A DNA stretch of 64,000 nt from Convolutriloba macropyga (lineage: Eukaryota): assembly GCF_964194025.1 (NCBI RefSeq), contig NC_134479.1, forward strand, positions 2,356,001 through 2,420,000, in the 5' to 3' direction. The notes beneath the pieces were generated by a model. The model was not told the origin of the DNA and did no database searches. It saw nothing but the letters and a program-made list of their open reading frames with translations. Shown piece after piece: positions 23,915-35,145 of this stretch (position 1 is its first letter; the number at the start of each line of letters is the position of its first letter). Position numbers and translations under genes: made by a program.

Positions 23915-26815
23915 CACTTTCATCTCACCGCTTCTTGGAGAAAATGAGTTCTAAAGCCAAAAAGGGAGGTTCAGCAATGTGCGTGCGCATATAATGTTTG
24001 GACACCGCTCAACCACATGTCTGACATATTTGTCTACCATATAGGAAGAGATGTGAGTCTTTCAAAAGTTCACAAAATGTGCGAAAATAATTGGAGTATC
24101 GATTTAAAAAAATTGCTTAAATCTAAACCCACTGCACAAATTTAAAAACAAGTCAGAAGAGGGCCGATCATATCATTAAGGTGAGTGGAAGAGAAGACAA
24201 ACGACAAAATCAAATGAAAACAACAAGAATTTCTTACGATCAAAATTCAATGTCTATCAAAATTTTTTTAGAAAAAAAAACTTAATGAAAAAGTCAAAAT
24301 AGCATTAGATGAAAACTAAACTAAACCAATCGACTTGAAATATAGCAGAAGTGATCTGTTTTTACTGAGAATAAGTACCACGTAGGCGAAGAATAAAACA
24401 GCAAAGTTAAAAAATACATTAATATTTTTTGAAAACAATTAAACTCGAAGTCAAGAATTCGAGATATGGCGTTATCCAGAATGTCATACGACTACAAAAA
24501 AAACAGATACAGGCAAAAATCAAAAAGGCGATTCAATTTTGCGAGCGAACGGTGTCTTATATAATCTATAACCTTTAAATCATGTTCTATTCACTAAAAA
24601 TATAATCAATTGCGCCTTCTTTCGTTGCTATTAATAATTTGAAACTTGTCAATGAAATGGCATTAATTTGATAATCGGATAGTAGAGCGAAAGGGAGCCT
24701 CAGAATGTCAAAAAAACCTGTGAAAATTCCTAGTATCAAAGCCAAAAACCTGTTTGTTAATTGATAAAACAAGCGTAAAGACTACAATCTAAATATCCTG
24801 AAAGATAGATCGCCCTCTTTCCCTTTGATAGGATTATGTTAAAAGATGGCGGAGATAAGATTAGATTAGAAACTGCAAATCTTAATAAAACAATGATATT
24901 TTGAACAATTTTTTTAAAGCCATAAGTCATGACAACCATAAGCTTTCAATCAAAAAAGTAAAGAGATTAACTTTTTACTACATAGAAAGCCACTTGAATA
25001 TGTGATTTTTGAGACTTATTCGAAAGACTGCAAAATAACAACGAAACCGAGCGGAACTTAAATTTTGACCGACAGTTTTAAACAAACGGCGTTGAAGCCA
25101 TAAAGAAAACCATAATTTTTTGGCTAAAACAATTACACATGTTCCTTGACCTTCATCGGCAATTCTAACTTGTCAATAATTGAGCTGAGATTTGAAATCA
25201 TTTTCGTCTATAACTAACATTATAAAAACAAAGGCGAATTTCTTTTTCAAAAAAAGTACAACGCCCCATTACAATCCCAATAACTATTGAACAAATAAGT
25301 TTCACAAATTGAATAAACTCGATTTTTCTATAGCTGATTCAAGCAATACCAAAAGTTGATGTCCAATTTTCTGCGGCCAAAATTTAATATCTACTTTTTA
25401 AAGAAAAAACCTAATGAGAAAGTCAAATTTGCATTAGATAAATACTAAACTAAACCAATTGACCTGCACTTCAGCAGAAATGATAGGGGGCTTACCTTTA
25501 TTGAAAGTAATTAATCTTTGGGAGTAATCCATTTAATTGTTGCTAGTAATTCTCAAATTCAACCAAAAATATTCCTAATGTTTCCAAAATAGCTAATTTT
25601 AGCAAAAATTATATATCAAAAATAAATGATTAATTTTGAAAACTTATCGAGTTATATTGGCAAAGTCTTTTTGCATCAACCGAAAGCTTAAGCGAGGTTA
25701 TTTTGTGAATCCATAGATACCGAATTACAAATTTTATTTATTAGACTCAGTCATAAGATTACAGAATGCGCATCAAACGCTGAAATGTTGTCGAAAATTT
25801 TTTTTAAAAAAACTTACGGAAATTTGTTGGAGCCATAAAAACCATGAGCTATACTCAGATATGTTTTTATGGGACATTCTTTTGGCGCGAATGGGACCTC
25901 CTCTTAATTGAAGTTTTAAATGAAAACAGATTTGCCTGTAATTGGGATTAAAAAATGCAATAGTTTTTTTTGTAAAAGGACTGACGCAAAATACAATCTG
26001 CATCCTTTTTACTTTTACGATGAGACTAAAACTGGTTTTGTTTTTGCTAAGTTTCCGTTAAAATCCGCAAATATTTCACATAATTGCGTATGGCCTAACT
26101 AGGCAAATTGAACTAAAAACATATTTGATGCCATTTTAAAAAAAAGAATGCAAAATTTTATCATTAAACGTAAAACCAATGAGACAATCATCATCGAATT
26201 TTTCAAATTTTTGGCAATTATTTAACAAAATTTAAGCAAAAGTTACGAAAAATGGGATCAAAACAACGGAGTAAAGGCTAACCTTCACGAAATTTTAAAC
26301 CCCTGTAACTCCTTTGAAAAAGCAAAACTCAAAAAAAATCTTATTTAATTTGGATTTCTATACGCGTGACAAGCTTAGCTTTCTAACGATACCACAAAAA
26401 TCTGTACGATTATATCGGTCAGCGAAAATTGACTGAACCAATCGAAAATTGACTGAAAATTGAGCATATAGTTCTCCCCACTAGTATAGGTCGGAACAAT
26501 TATCTTTGCTCTCTCACTGGTCAGTTTAAAATGTATTGTATCAAACGCATTTTGAGCAACTTTTTAGTAAATAAAATAGCGTAATAAAATAGGTCTATCC
26601 TGGTCTATGGGGTGTTGTAGCCACGGAGAGGTCAAATGGATCGTAATCCAAACAACGCAAAACGCACAGCATAGATAATCAATCCACGACACTCGATTGG
26701 AACTCGCATTTGTTCCATTTATTGTACTTTATTTTAACCAATCAAATAGTTTGGACAATGCAAATTTTATATTTTTTTTTCTGAAAATATAGGCTGAAAC
26801 TTGATATTATTTAAG

Positions 26816-27805
26816 GTTGAGTCTGGCGTGTGCAATTTCTTCACCATGTCTTATGAGAGAGCATCAGTGAAAGACCAACTGAGACAGTTGACAGAAGAGG
26901 AGATGTTGGTCACCAGGTACTCCAGTGAGAGTGACACCAGCCCAGGAAGTCGAAACGATTCCCCATTCCATACTCCAAAGAGGGGAGTCTCGCCATTCAA
27001 GAGGGCAGTTTTGGTACCTTCGCCCCTGATCAACGACCCGAATGCCTGTGTGCCCCTATTTGAGAAGCGCCGTGTCACCATTAAAACCGATTCCACAGAC
27101 GAGGAACCCGAGAACCAGCAACAAGCCTGTGCGTGCCCAGAGGCGCCCATATGTAGCGCCATGTCAGAGCAATGTCTGGACTTGATTGATTCCAGCAGCA
27201 GCAACAGTGGTGGTGATGTGGGCAGTGGATCCAGCTGTAGTAGTCTGTACAGTGATAGTGGCTCCAGCCCATCTTTCGCATCGGCACAGCGGGTACCATC
27301 TCGAAAAATGAAAGGGGAGCGGGCACAGGCTACTACGTACAAGCCAGCTCTGCAACCACACGAAAGCGACAACTCAGACACTGGGTTGACCCTGGGTGAC
27401 CTTGAGGATGCGGGTGCCATTTCGAAGGACGTCGTCACCAGAGTCAGAAAGATCCAGCCGTCGTCATTGAAAAAGAGCAGTCCTTTATCCGGAGACAGAA
27501 AGAAGATCAAACACATGCGAATGACTCTCACATCTGAGAGTACAATCAGAAAGAGTTTCAGTTCCTCTTCCAGTTCAAGTGGATCTGGCGAGAGTATCCA
27601 GTCTGTGGAGAGGAGTGCATCCGCCTCCCTAACTGTGGAAGTTCCACCCAAGATCATTTCATCTTCGGTGGACGAGGGTGGAATGGAGTTGAGTGAGGGT
27701 GGAACAGCAGTGATCACAGTGTCGGCCATTGCACAGCCAAGTGGAACTTTCAAGTGGATGAAGGGCAACTTGGATGTGAAGGAGAGCAGAGATGGAAGAG
27801 TACAA
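26816..27805 (+). CDS. Titin-like gene exon: Ser-rich region plus N-terminal half of the last Ig domain
   Basis: tttAAG|GTT acceptor, phase 0; ORF 26801..27838; EVPPKII...EGGTAVITV...FKWMKG; donor CAA|GTTAGA. Confidence 0.85.
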
Positions 27806-27878
27806 GTTAGAAATGCTTACAAATATTGTTCCACTTAGTATCCAATACTGTATTTTCATCAACTCTCGTTAAAACTCT

Positions 27879-28049
27879 TGTAACAACCCCACTGTGGTAT
27901 TAGCTAACTCAATAAACTGCTAAGAATTAGAGCTTAGAGGACTCGAACCTACAATCTCCAGAACCACAGCCCGGCATGCTACCGTTGCACCAAAGCTCTG
28001 CGGAAGTATCAACTGTGTTAGCTTGATATACCACAGTTGGGTTGTTACA
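27879..28049 (-). mobile_element. 171-bp TGT...ACA inverted-repeat element carrying a tRNA-like gene (copy 1)
   Basis: ~30-bp TIRs TGTAACAACCC(C/A)ACTGTGGTAT..AGCTAAC at both ends; homologous copy at 55021-55183. Confidence 0.8.
27928..27999 (-). tRNA. tRNA-like cloverleaf, anticodon GTG (His); probably repeat-borne or pseudo-tRNA
   Basis: Minus strand agagctt tg gtgc aacggta gcat g ccggg ctGTGgt tctgg agatt gtagg ttcgagt cctct aagctct: perfect 7-bp acceptor stem, A box TGGTGCAACGG, B box GGTTCGAGTCC, one T-stem mismatch. Confidence 0.6.
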
Positions 28050-28138
28050 TTCTCTTTCGACCAAAAATGTGACGAAAGTGTGGGGAGAGTGTTAACTCAC
28101 TTGTAATATTAATCTGTATGCTGTTTTACTGTGTACAG

Positions 28139-28280
28139 GTGAAACATTCTGACTCCTATTCAACTCTGATGATGAGTCGACTGAGTAGACAAGACTGTGG
28201 CACTTACATGTGCAAAGTACAAAACTCTGCTGGCATCTCTTGGCAAACAATCCGAGTATCACAAGTCAACAACTCATCTG
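28139..28280 (+). CDS. Titin-like gene exon: C-terminal half of the last Ig domain (not in the ORF track)
   Basis: gtgtacAG acceptor; translates VKHSDSYSTLMMSRLSRQDCGTYMCKVQNSAGISWQTIRVSQVNNSS, completing the Ig fold; donor G|GTTTGT, phase 1. Confidence 0.88.
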
Positions 28281-28377
28281 GTTTGTAATCTCACCTCATC
28301 TCAACTGTTTATGAAGAGTCTCAAACTTTATCAAAATTGATTTAATTTCACGAAGTCCTGACTCAAGTTGCACCTTG

Positions 28378-28583
28378 CATAGGGAAACGTAGGTGTTAGA
28401 GTATACACTCTAGTAAGTAAGCTGTGTTGGCTCAGTGGAGAGCACAGGATTACAATCAATTAAGAGATTGTGGGGTCACAACCCACAAAGGCTCCAAACT
28501 TTACTCTCACTATAATGGTGTTGACATAGAATCAAGTAATGAAGTAATGTTTACTATTTGTTTGAGTTTAAACTGTCCCTATG
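28378..28583 (+). mobile_element. Short element with a degenerate tRNA-like core and short inverted ends
   Basis: A box TGGCTCAGTGG near 28428, T-arm-like TGTGGG...CCCACA; ends CATAGGGA / TCCCTATG. Confidence 0.4.
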
Positions 28584-28625
28584 AGAGTGTAGTGTTGTGA
28601 GTGATAATTTGTGTTGTTGTTTCAG

Positions 28626-28666
28626 GCACAGACAGCAGCAGTAGCAGACGATACAAAATTGAGAAA
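28626..28666 (+). CDS. 41-bp microexon (GTDSSSSRRYKIEK)
   Basis: ttgtttcAG acceptor, phase 1; donor AAA|GTGAGT, phase 0. Confidence 0.7.
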
Positions 28667-28860
28667 GTGAGTCATTAAGAAGACTAATTCATCATTGATG
28701 TTTGACTATTATTCTACTCAGATTTTGACGCTGTTTCTGACATTCACAGCTAAATTATGAGCATCCATAGTAGGGGGGATATACACTTGAGGCATCATGA
28801 TTCAGTGCCAATTGTCATGTTTCATTGTTGATTTATTCTGATCAGTGAATGTGTGTGTAG

Positions 28861-28926
28861 GTGAGTGAGGGACAGAAGATGCTGAGCAGTGCTGGACCAG
28901 GAGAGCCTTCCTTCTGGAGAAAGTAG
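28861..28926 (+). CDS. Probable last coding segment (VSEGQKMLSSAGPGEPSFWRK*)
   Basis: gtgtgtgtAG acceptor at 28860, phase 0; TAG at 28924-28926; exon appears to continue to donor CAG|GTATAC at 29020. Confidence 0.6.
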   Translation: MSEGQKMLSSAGPGEPSFWRK

Positions 28927-29178
28927 AGAGGAGGAACAACAAACAATCACAATCAAATCAATCAAAACAAACAAACAAAACAAAACTTATCAAAATTGAT
29001 CAAAACAACAAACAAAACAGGTATACTTCTATGCGTTAGCGACTGAATGGAAACTTAGACAACTGTTTTAGTTCCAAATGTAACCTCATTCAATACAGAC
29101 TAGTGAGCTAAAGATGTCTGTCAAAAATTTCTTTTGTAAACAAGTAAACAAAACGCCATCTATGTCACATTTCTTTCA

Positions 29179-30108
29179 TTATAGCTGCGAAGCTGTAAGC
29201 TGAGCGTAGCTATATTGCGGTGCTCTTGGTTTTTTACAATTCAAAGAATTTGAATTGTATTGGGGCGCTGTCTTTTTTTTAAGATCTGTTCACACATTTT
29301 CATGATTTTTGAAGTCAAATTGGAGTAGTGATTTTGGTCACGCCGAAACAGGAAGTGGAGCGAAAAAGCGAGTGGTTTTGCGGCGTGAATTGTTTTCGCT
29401 CCAAATTTAAAGTAGAGTGAGAAAATGGTGTTTGAACAAAAATTGGCTTTCTCGCTAGTGGTTTTTTGTTCACATGCGGCAATTTGACTTTGATGTTTAC
29501 TCTTTTTTCGTTTTTTTGGATCGGATTTTTTTCTAAATGGTTTTACCAATCCATTCATAGTCCGTTCTAGGTCTAATTTTCTGTTTAGTCAATGAAAATT
29601 CTTTGAATTGTACGTCAGGACTTGTCCTGCTATGTTTTTTTGTTTCGTCGTCTGACGCTCTTTTTTCGTTTTACATTTGTTCACACAGCAAAGCTGAAAA
29701 AGTCAAATTTTCTGAATGACTTCTTCCTCTCACTAACAACATTTGCGCGCGTGACGTCATTTCTCACTCGCTTTAGCGAAAGTTTTTAGGTTATTTGCGT
29801 GATTAGATTTTGATCATACGTGACTTACCTCACTCAATAAAATGACTTTTGCACTTTAAAACTTAGGTTTAACTTGAATTTGTTTAAGGTCAAAGGAACT
29901 CATATGTGCAGTAAAGGTCCCTAATAAGAGGCTTCTGTGGAATGAATTTTAACAAGCTTTATTGATTTATCATCGAATGTTTTTTAGCCTAGTTTTTTGA
30001 GCGGCGTCGATTTTTTTTCAATTTAGATCTGTATCTGTTTCTATCTCTATTATATGGCATGCAGGTCTATTCTTTCGCAGCTATTCCGACAATCTGCCGG
30101 CTATGTTT
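29179..30108 (+). mobile_element. Helentron/DINE-1-like element, family A
   Basis: SubTIRs ATAGCTGCGAA (29181) and TTCGCAGCTAT (30074); 3' hairpin CCGACAatcTGCCGG; ends CTATGTTTT; core shared with 21535, 31790 and 63856 copies. Confidence 0.8.
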
Positions 30109-30515
30109 TCAATTTTTGCTGCATTTATATTTTAATCGTAGTTTTCGAAATTTTCGAGGTAAAATATGCAACTTAGTTTTTGTATTATCGATAGTTCCTC
30201 GTGTTACAGCACTGGTTTTTTGAACAACGTGTTGTTCAAATTGTAACTGAATTGCCATAAATGTTACCTTGTCTGAATATTTTGATATTAACCATCGATA
30301 CAATAATACCCGGGCATTCTCTCTGGCGAGGGTCTCCAGTGATTTGTTAATGTTACAGATACGAAACGAAGACCTCCAAAAACGCCAAATGATAAAATTT
30401 ACCAACAATTCCGACTGAAAACTTGAGAACAGTTTCTGATACAATGGCTCAAAAACTCAATCAATCGATCGATCTATAAATGGTGCAATATACTAACTAC
30501 TCTACTATGTATTAG

Positions 30516-30772
30516 TACCACTCTATCTATTATCCATAACACGAGGAGAAGTGTGTGCGTGGGAGTGAGGCAGTGACCAATTAGAGGGGAAAGGGAAGCG
30601 AGTCAGGAGGCAGAGTCTGACGGAGTTGAGCCCCACAGTCGATCCGCTCAATCGGTCGATCGAGCCACAGACACACTCAACATGTACTTATACAGACACA
30701 ATCAATCGATCACTCCTACACAACCCCAGATAGACCAAAACCCATGCCAGTCCATCCCAATCTATTTTAAAG
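30516..30772 (+). other. Putative downstream exon (spliced 3' UTR or alternative C-terminus)
   Basis: TACTAAC branch point at 30491-30497, tattAG acceptor at 30515, donor AAG|GTGAAT at 30772/30773; exon-like composition between repeats. Confidence 0.55.
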
Positions 30773-31390
30773 GTGAATATTCAAGACTAGTTGAAGAATA
30801 GTTAAGAATTCAGGACAGAGTCGGGTAGCAATTACGGTATATAAAATTACGGTTACCACATCTTTGGAAGAAAGTTCACACGAGACTTATTCGTTGTGAT
30901 GCTTATGTCATTATAATCAGTTTTTGAAAGACTGGTTAATTAATATTTTAGGCGATTAATTCATTGTCAATTATGTGGTGATCAGAATGATTTTAGTTCC
31001 AGTCGATCTACAATAACCTAACTTCTCTATTTCAATCGACTCTATTTTGAATTGGAGAACAAAAACAAGCCAATAGTTTTTCTCGACAAAGCCACAGCGT
31101 TTGATCCAATCAATTCCAGATGATCTTCGTTAAATCTCTTGGTATGGTTTTGATGCAAACATTTGCTTCTCGTTTTAAAAATTGCATCATATATATAAGC
31201 AACAAAGGATGATTAAAAGTCTTGATCTCTCTACGCTGCACTAAGGTTCTTTAAATATCTGTGCTGCCTACACGCCTTCAAATTACAGCTTTGATCTAAG
31301 GCGACATGTTCAAATGGTGTGGGAAATGCAATTTGATGAGTAAATAAATAATGTAAGAATTCAAGGTGCATTGAAGTACCAGTTGGATGT

Positions 31391-31696
31391 TTAATCGCTC
31401 TCAAACGAAGTTTGTAGCAATTATATTAGTCCTGTCGGTCTTTTTTATGCGATTTTTTCGCTTGACCAATTTTTCGTCTGACGCATTTGACTTTTCATCC
31501 TCAAAAAACGGGATAAACAGATAGCGCCCAGCGGTCATTAAGTCCTATTATGCCTTTCAGGTCACTAATCTCCAAGTATGTGATTTACAGAAACTGTTTT
31601 GAAAACTTATATTTCTGGTGTAAAGGGCGGTTCTCAGAATTCCAACCGCGCGTCGGTCGTTTGAGAGCAATTCGCCCGACGTTGGTCGGTTATGTT
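31391..31696 (+). mobile_element. Helentron-associated element, family B
   Basis: SubTIRs AATCGCTCTCAAACGA and TCGTTTGAGAGCAATT (1 mismatch); hairpin CCGAC-gttg-GTCGG; ends TTATGTT. Confidence 0.75.
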
Positions 31697-31789
31697 AACA
31701 GATTCTGTCACATCCCATCCTTTTCCTTATAGTATAGGTGTACAAATAGTTTTCAATCCAAATGGTTTCATGAGGAGTAGTATTAGTTA

Positions 31790-32697
31790 TTAATAGCCGC
31801 CGTCAGCCTCTCAAACGGTTATTACTTAGGCGCTCTCCTTTTTACAATTCAAAGAATTTGAATTGTATTGGGGCGCTGTCTTTTTTTTTTAAGATCTGTT
31901 CACACATTTTCATGATTTTTGAAGTCAAATTGGAGTAGTGATTTTGGTCACGCCGAAACAGGAAGTGGAGCGAAAAAGCGAGTGGCTTTGCGGCGTGAAA
32001 TTTTTTTGCTCTAATTTTAAAGTAGAGTGAGAAAATGGTGTTTGAAGAAAAATTCGCTCTCTCGCTGGTGGTTTTTTGTTCACATGCGGCAATTTCACTT
32101 TTCTTTTTTTTTACTATTTTTTCGATTTTTTGGATCGGATTTTCTAAATGGTTTTCCCAATCCATTCATTGTCCGTTCTAGGTCTAGTTTTCTGTTTAGT
32201 CAATGAAAATTCTTTGAATTGTACGTCAGGACTTGTCCTGCTATGTTTTTTAATTCGCTTTACCTTTTGATCACGTTTTTCGTTTTACATAAGTTACGAT
32301 TTTCACGTTTGACTTACTTCACTTACTGTTTCATCTGAATGGATTTTAAATTTTTTCGTGCATTGAATTGCGCAATGCAGTGAATACGGTCAACGTCAAA
32401 AGAGCGAAATCAAAAGAGACGTGATAAACCGATAAAGCCCGGTCAATAATTCATTGAGAATTAGGTTATCAAAGTTCATTGGAGTGTTTGGTAGCTGATA
32501 TCCGTATTAAGCATATTAGCTTTCAGTTTAGAAGCTGAATTAAGTATAGTTTTAAAATTTAACTGAAACTGCATGCCAAATTAGAACACTTTTGACACTA
32601 AAAACAATTTTAAATTTGGTCAATTTAACTCTTCTACGCGGCGCGTCTTCAAGCGCGTCAACGGCGGCTATTTTCCGGCAATCTGCCGGTTATGTTT
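31790..32697 (+). mobile_element. Helentron/DINE-1-like element, family A
   Basis: Perfect subTIRs AATAGCCGCCGT (31792) and ACGGCGGCTATT (32661); perfect hairpin CCGGCA-atc-TGCCGG; ends TTATGTTT. Confidence 0.82.
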
Positions 32698-33182
32698 GAT
32701 GATTGCAAGACAACTAACTCTGCAGTAGTCATTTCTTGAGCAAGCTATCCAGATCAACAGGGGTAATAGCGATACAAGCAAAACCTTTTTCTTCGGGTAC
32801 CAAACACATGTAATTATTGCAAGTGATTATAAAATATAAAGAAAGGAAGAAAAACATGCTTTGTTTTTGTTCACACTGCTTATCAAAAACTCCAACGATT
32901 AGTTTTTTCGTTTGCAAAGAGTACGAATTACAGCAGTTCTCTTACTCAATTTAAACTTTCACTGTTAAACAGAGATAACAAAGGTAATATTTTGTGTCGT
33001 TCGTGTATTTCTCAAGAAATATAAGTTAAGCAATTTAAAATGAGGTCATAATGTTTTTTAGGCGATCTGGGCCGTTTTGACCTCAACAGTTAATAGGTAT
33101 TGTTTAAGGTAAGGTAAATTAAAATTCAGCCAGACAAAAGTACAATAATGTTTTAATTATAGTTCGTGTGCCCGTGTTGGCT

Positions 33183-33301
33183 TTTCTTAGAAACCATATC
33201 CAAGACCATACATGGTTCCATAGACGAAGATTGATTTCGTATATGATCTTTCTATGTTATCCAAGAAACCATAGATGGTCTTGGATATGGTTTCTAAGAA
33301 A
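33183..33301. repeat. Inverted repeat with 27-bp arms, MITE-like; partial third arm near 33405
   Basis: TTTCTTAGAAACCATATCCAAGACCAT and ATGGTCTTGGATATGGTTTCTAAGAAA. Confidence 0.75.
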
Positions 33302-33675
33302 CCGTAGTAAAAATTTTTTTCCTTATCCAAATGAAATTGTACATCAAGAGTCTCGTGCTACGACCCAAAAGACGTAGTTTCAGTTTACTTTCATTTTTTT
33401 CATTTTCTTGGATATGGTATCTAAGAAGGGTTTATGGTGGTCGGTGGTTTTTAAGCGAAAAATTGTATTTTTTTTACACGAAAAATTGGGTTTTTTTTCA
33501 CAATGAGATTGAGGCCGAGAAAATCGTGTAAAAATACACGATTTATCATGTAACTGGGCATTTTCTCGTGTCACTTTTTTCCCCGAAAAATCGTGTGACA
33601 ATAGACGATTTTTTGTGTGATTCACACGAGAAAAATTTAGTGTGTTCTGCTAATTTCAACCTGATCTGTTTCCAG

Positions 33676-34540
33676 AGTACAACATCACCAATATTGAGAG
33701 GGAAAAGGAACACTCAAAATGACGAGTGAGTGACCAGACAAACAAACAAACAATAACAGATGAGACATAGAGTGGCCTGTTCAGGCTCAGTACTATCCAC
33801 TACCACCATATATGGAAGTGTGTGTTGTCTATTTATGCATGAGGTAGACATACATACACCCACACTATTCATTACGAAAGAGGAGAAAGAGGATGATCTC
33901 AAAATGGATACAAATTGGGACATAGCAGTACGTGAGTTCTGTAATATGGACAACTGTGCAATTGTGTGTGATTGAAGGAGCGAATGAGTGTGACTTGAGA
34001 TTGCCGCCCTCTAGTCACACTCGTGTCACTACTTTTCACACACATTTCACACTCGACATTTGACAAACAAACTAATGAAGGAAAAAACAGAAGAAACTTA
34101 AAATATGTCAGAATAAACTCACATGTTGGCTATAGTAGATGTTATATTGATGGTGTTTTAGTGTTAGTCTCTGTAAATAGTAAATAACAACAACATAATC
34201 CATCATAACATTCTCCTCTCCCCACATCAACAACTTTGTCTCTTCATTGTAATGCCTCTACTCCGATCATGATCATGTATTCAATTTAACATTATCCCCC
34301 CCCCCTTCGTCTACCTGGACTGTGTGCACAGTGGTTTGTTTGTTTATTGTCTCTGTGTACTATTACATGTGTGTGTTTGTGTGTCTCTCTCGGTTGTAGC
34401 TGGAACCTGTGTTGAGCTCCTTCTCCTCTGTCTCTATTTGACACCTCCCCTCCCCTCTCCCACCCCCCAACATCGTCCCCACTAGCCCCTCTCATCCCCT
34501 TCTCTTCTATATTGTAGAACTCTATCATAAAATGCAATTC
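33676..34540 (+). other. Putative terminal exon / 3' UTR
   Basis: ctgtttccAG acceptor at 33675; simple-sequence-rich UTR-like tract; 3' end approximate. Confidence 0.45.
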
Positions 34541-35145
34541 AAAAAAATTACCAAAAGTCTTTTTAGTTGTGACAGATGTCCTCTGTTATTGGCCATTTGA
34601 CAATTATGCGAATCAGGAAAATTTAGACAAGGCTCAACCAAAAGCTTTTGTAACCTCAACCCAAAAAAACGTTCAACGCCAAATTATGTAATATCATTGC
34701 TAAAAAACTGATTTTTGGTTTTCAGAGCTGACACCTTGGCACGCGTTTCCGATCGCCAAATTGGCTGACAGGATAAACCGATATCCAAAAAACGAGAAAA
34801 AAATTTGACATCCAGGTTGCACACCAATTTTAAAGGGTGGACGAACTAGAATTAATTTTGACCAATTAAAATTTTCAACAAAAAATAATATGGAAAAGAG
34901 TATTGACCAATATTCCTAGCAATAACCAACGTTCACGAATACTTGAAAACAGCGCTAATGGAACTCTATTGATTTTGCAGTTACTCGAAGAGAGTATAGA
35001 GTAAAAAAAATTGAATTGAAAGCCTAAGTGCATTATAACTATAGTGTTAGATAAGCCCAATTTTTTAACAGAAACATACCACAACTAACGTTAGATTGGC
35101 GCTGGAAAATTGGGAAGCCCTTCAGTGCCGGAGTTAAAATCTATT

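Noticed and set aside
26851-27768. 305-aa antisense ORF
   Set aside because: Shadow of the Ser-rich sense exon; no independent motifs or splice support
341-28926. Assigning a gene symbol (TTN, sls, unc-89)
   Set aside because: Domain content is titin-like but orthology cannot be established without a search
29241-32165. Two similar ~105-aa minus-strand ORFs (29241..29558 and 31842..32165) as a gene family
   Set aside because: Both fall in the shared core of an interspersed repeat and show no protein motif
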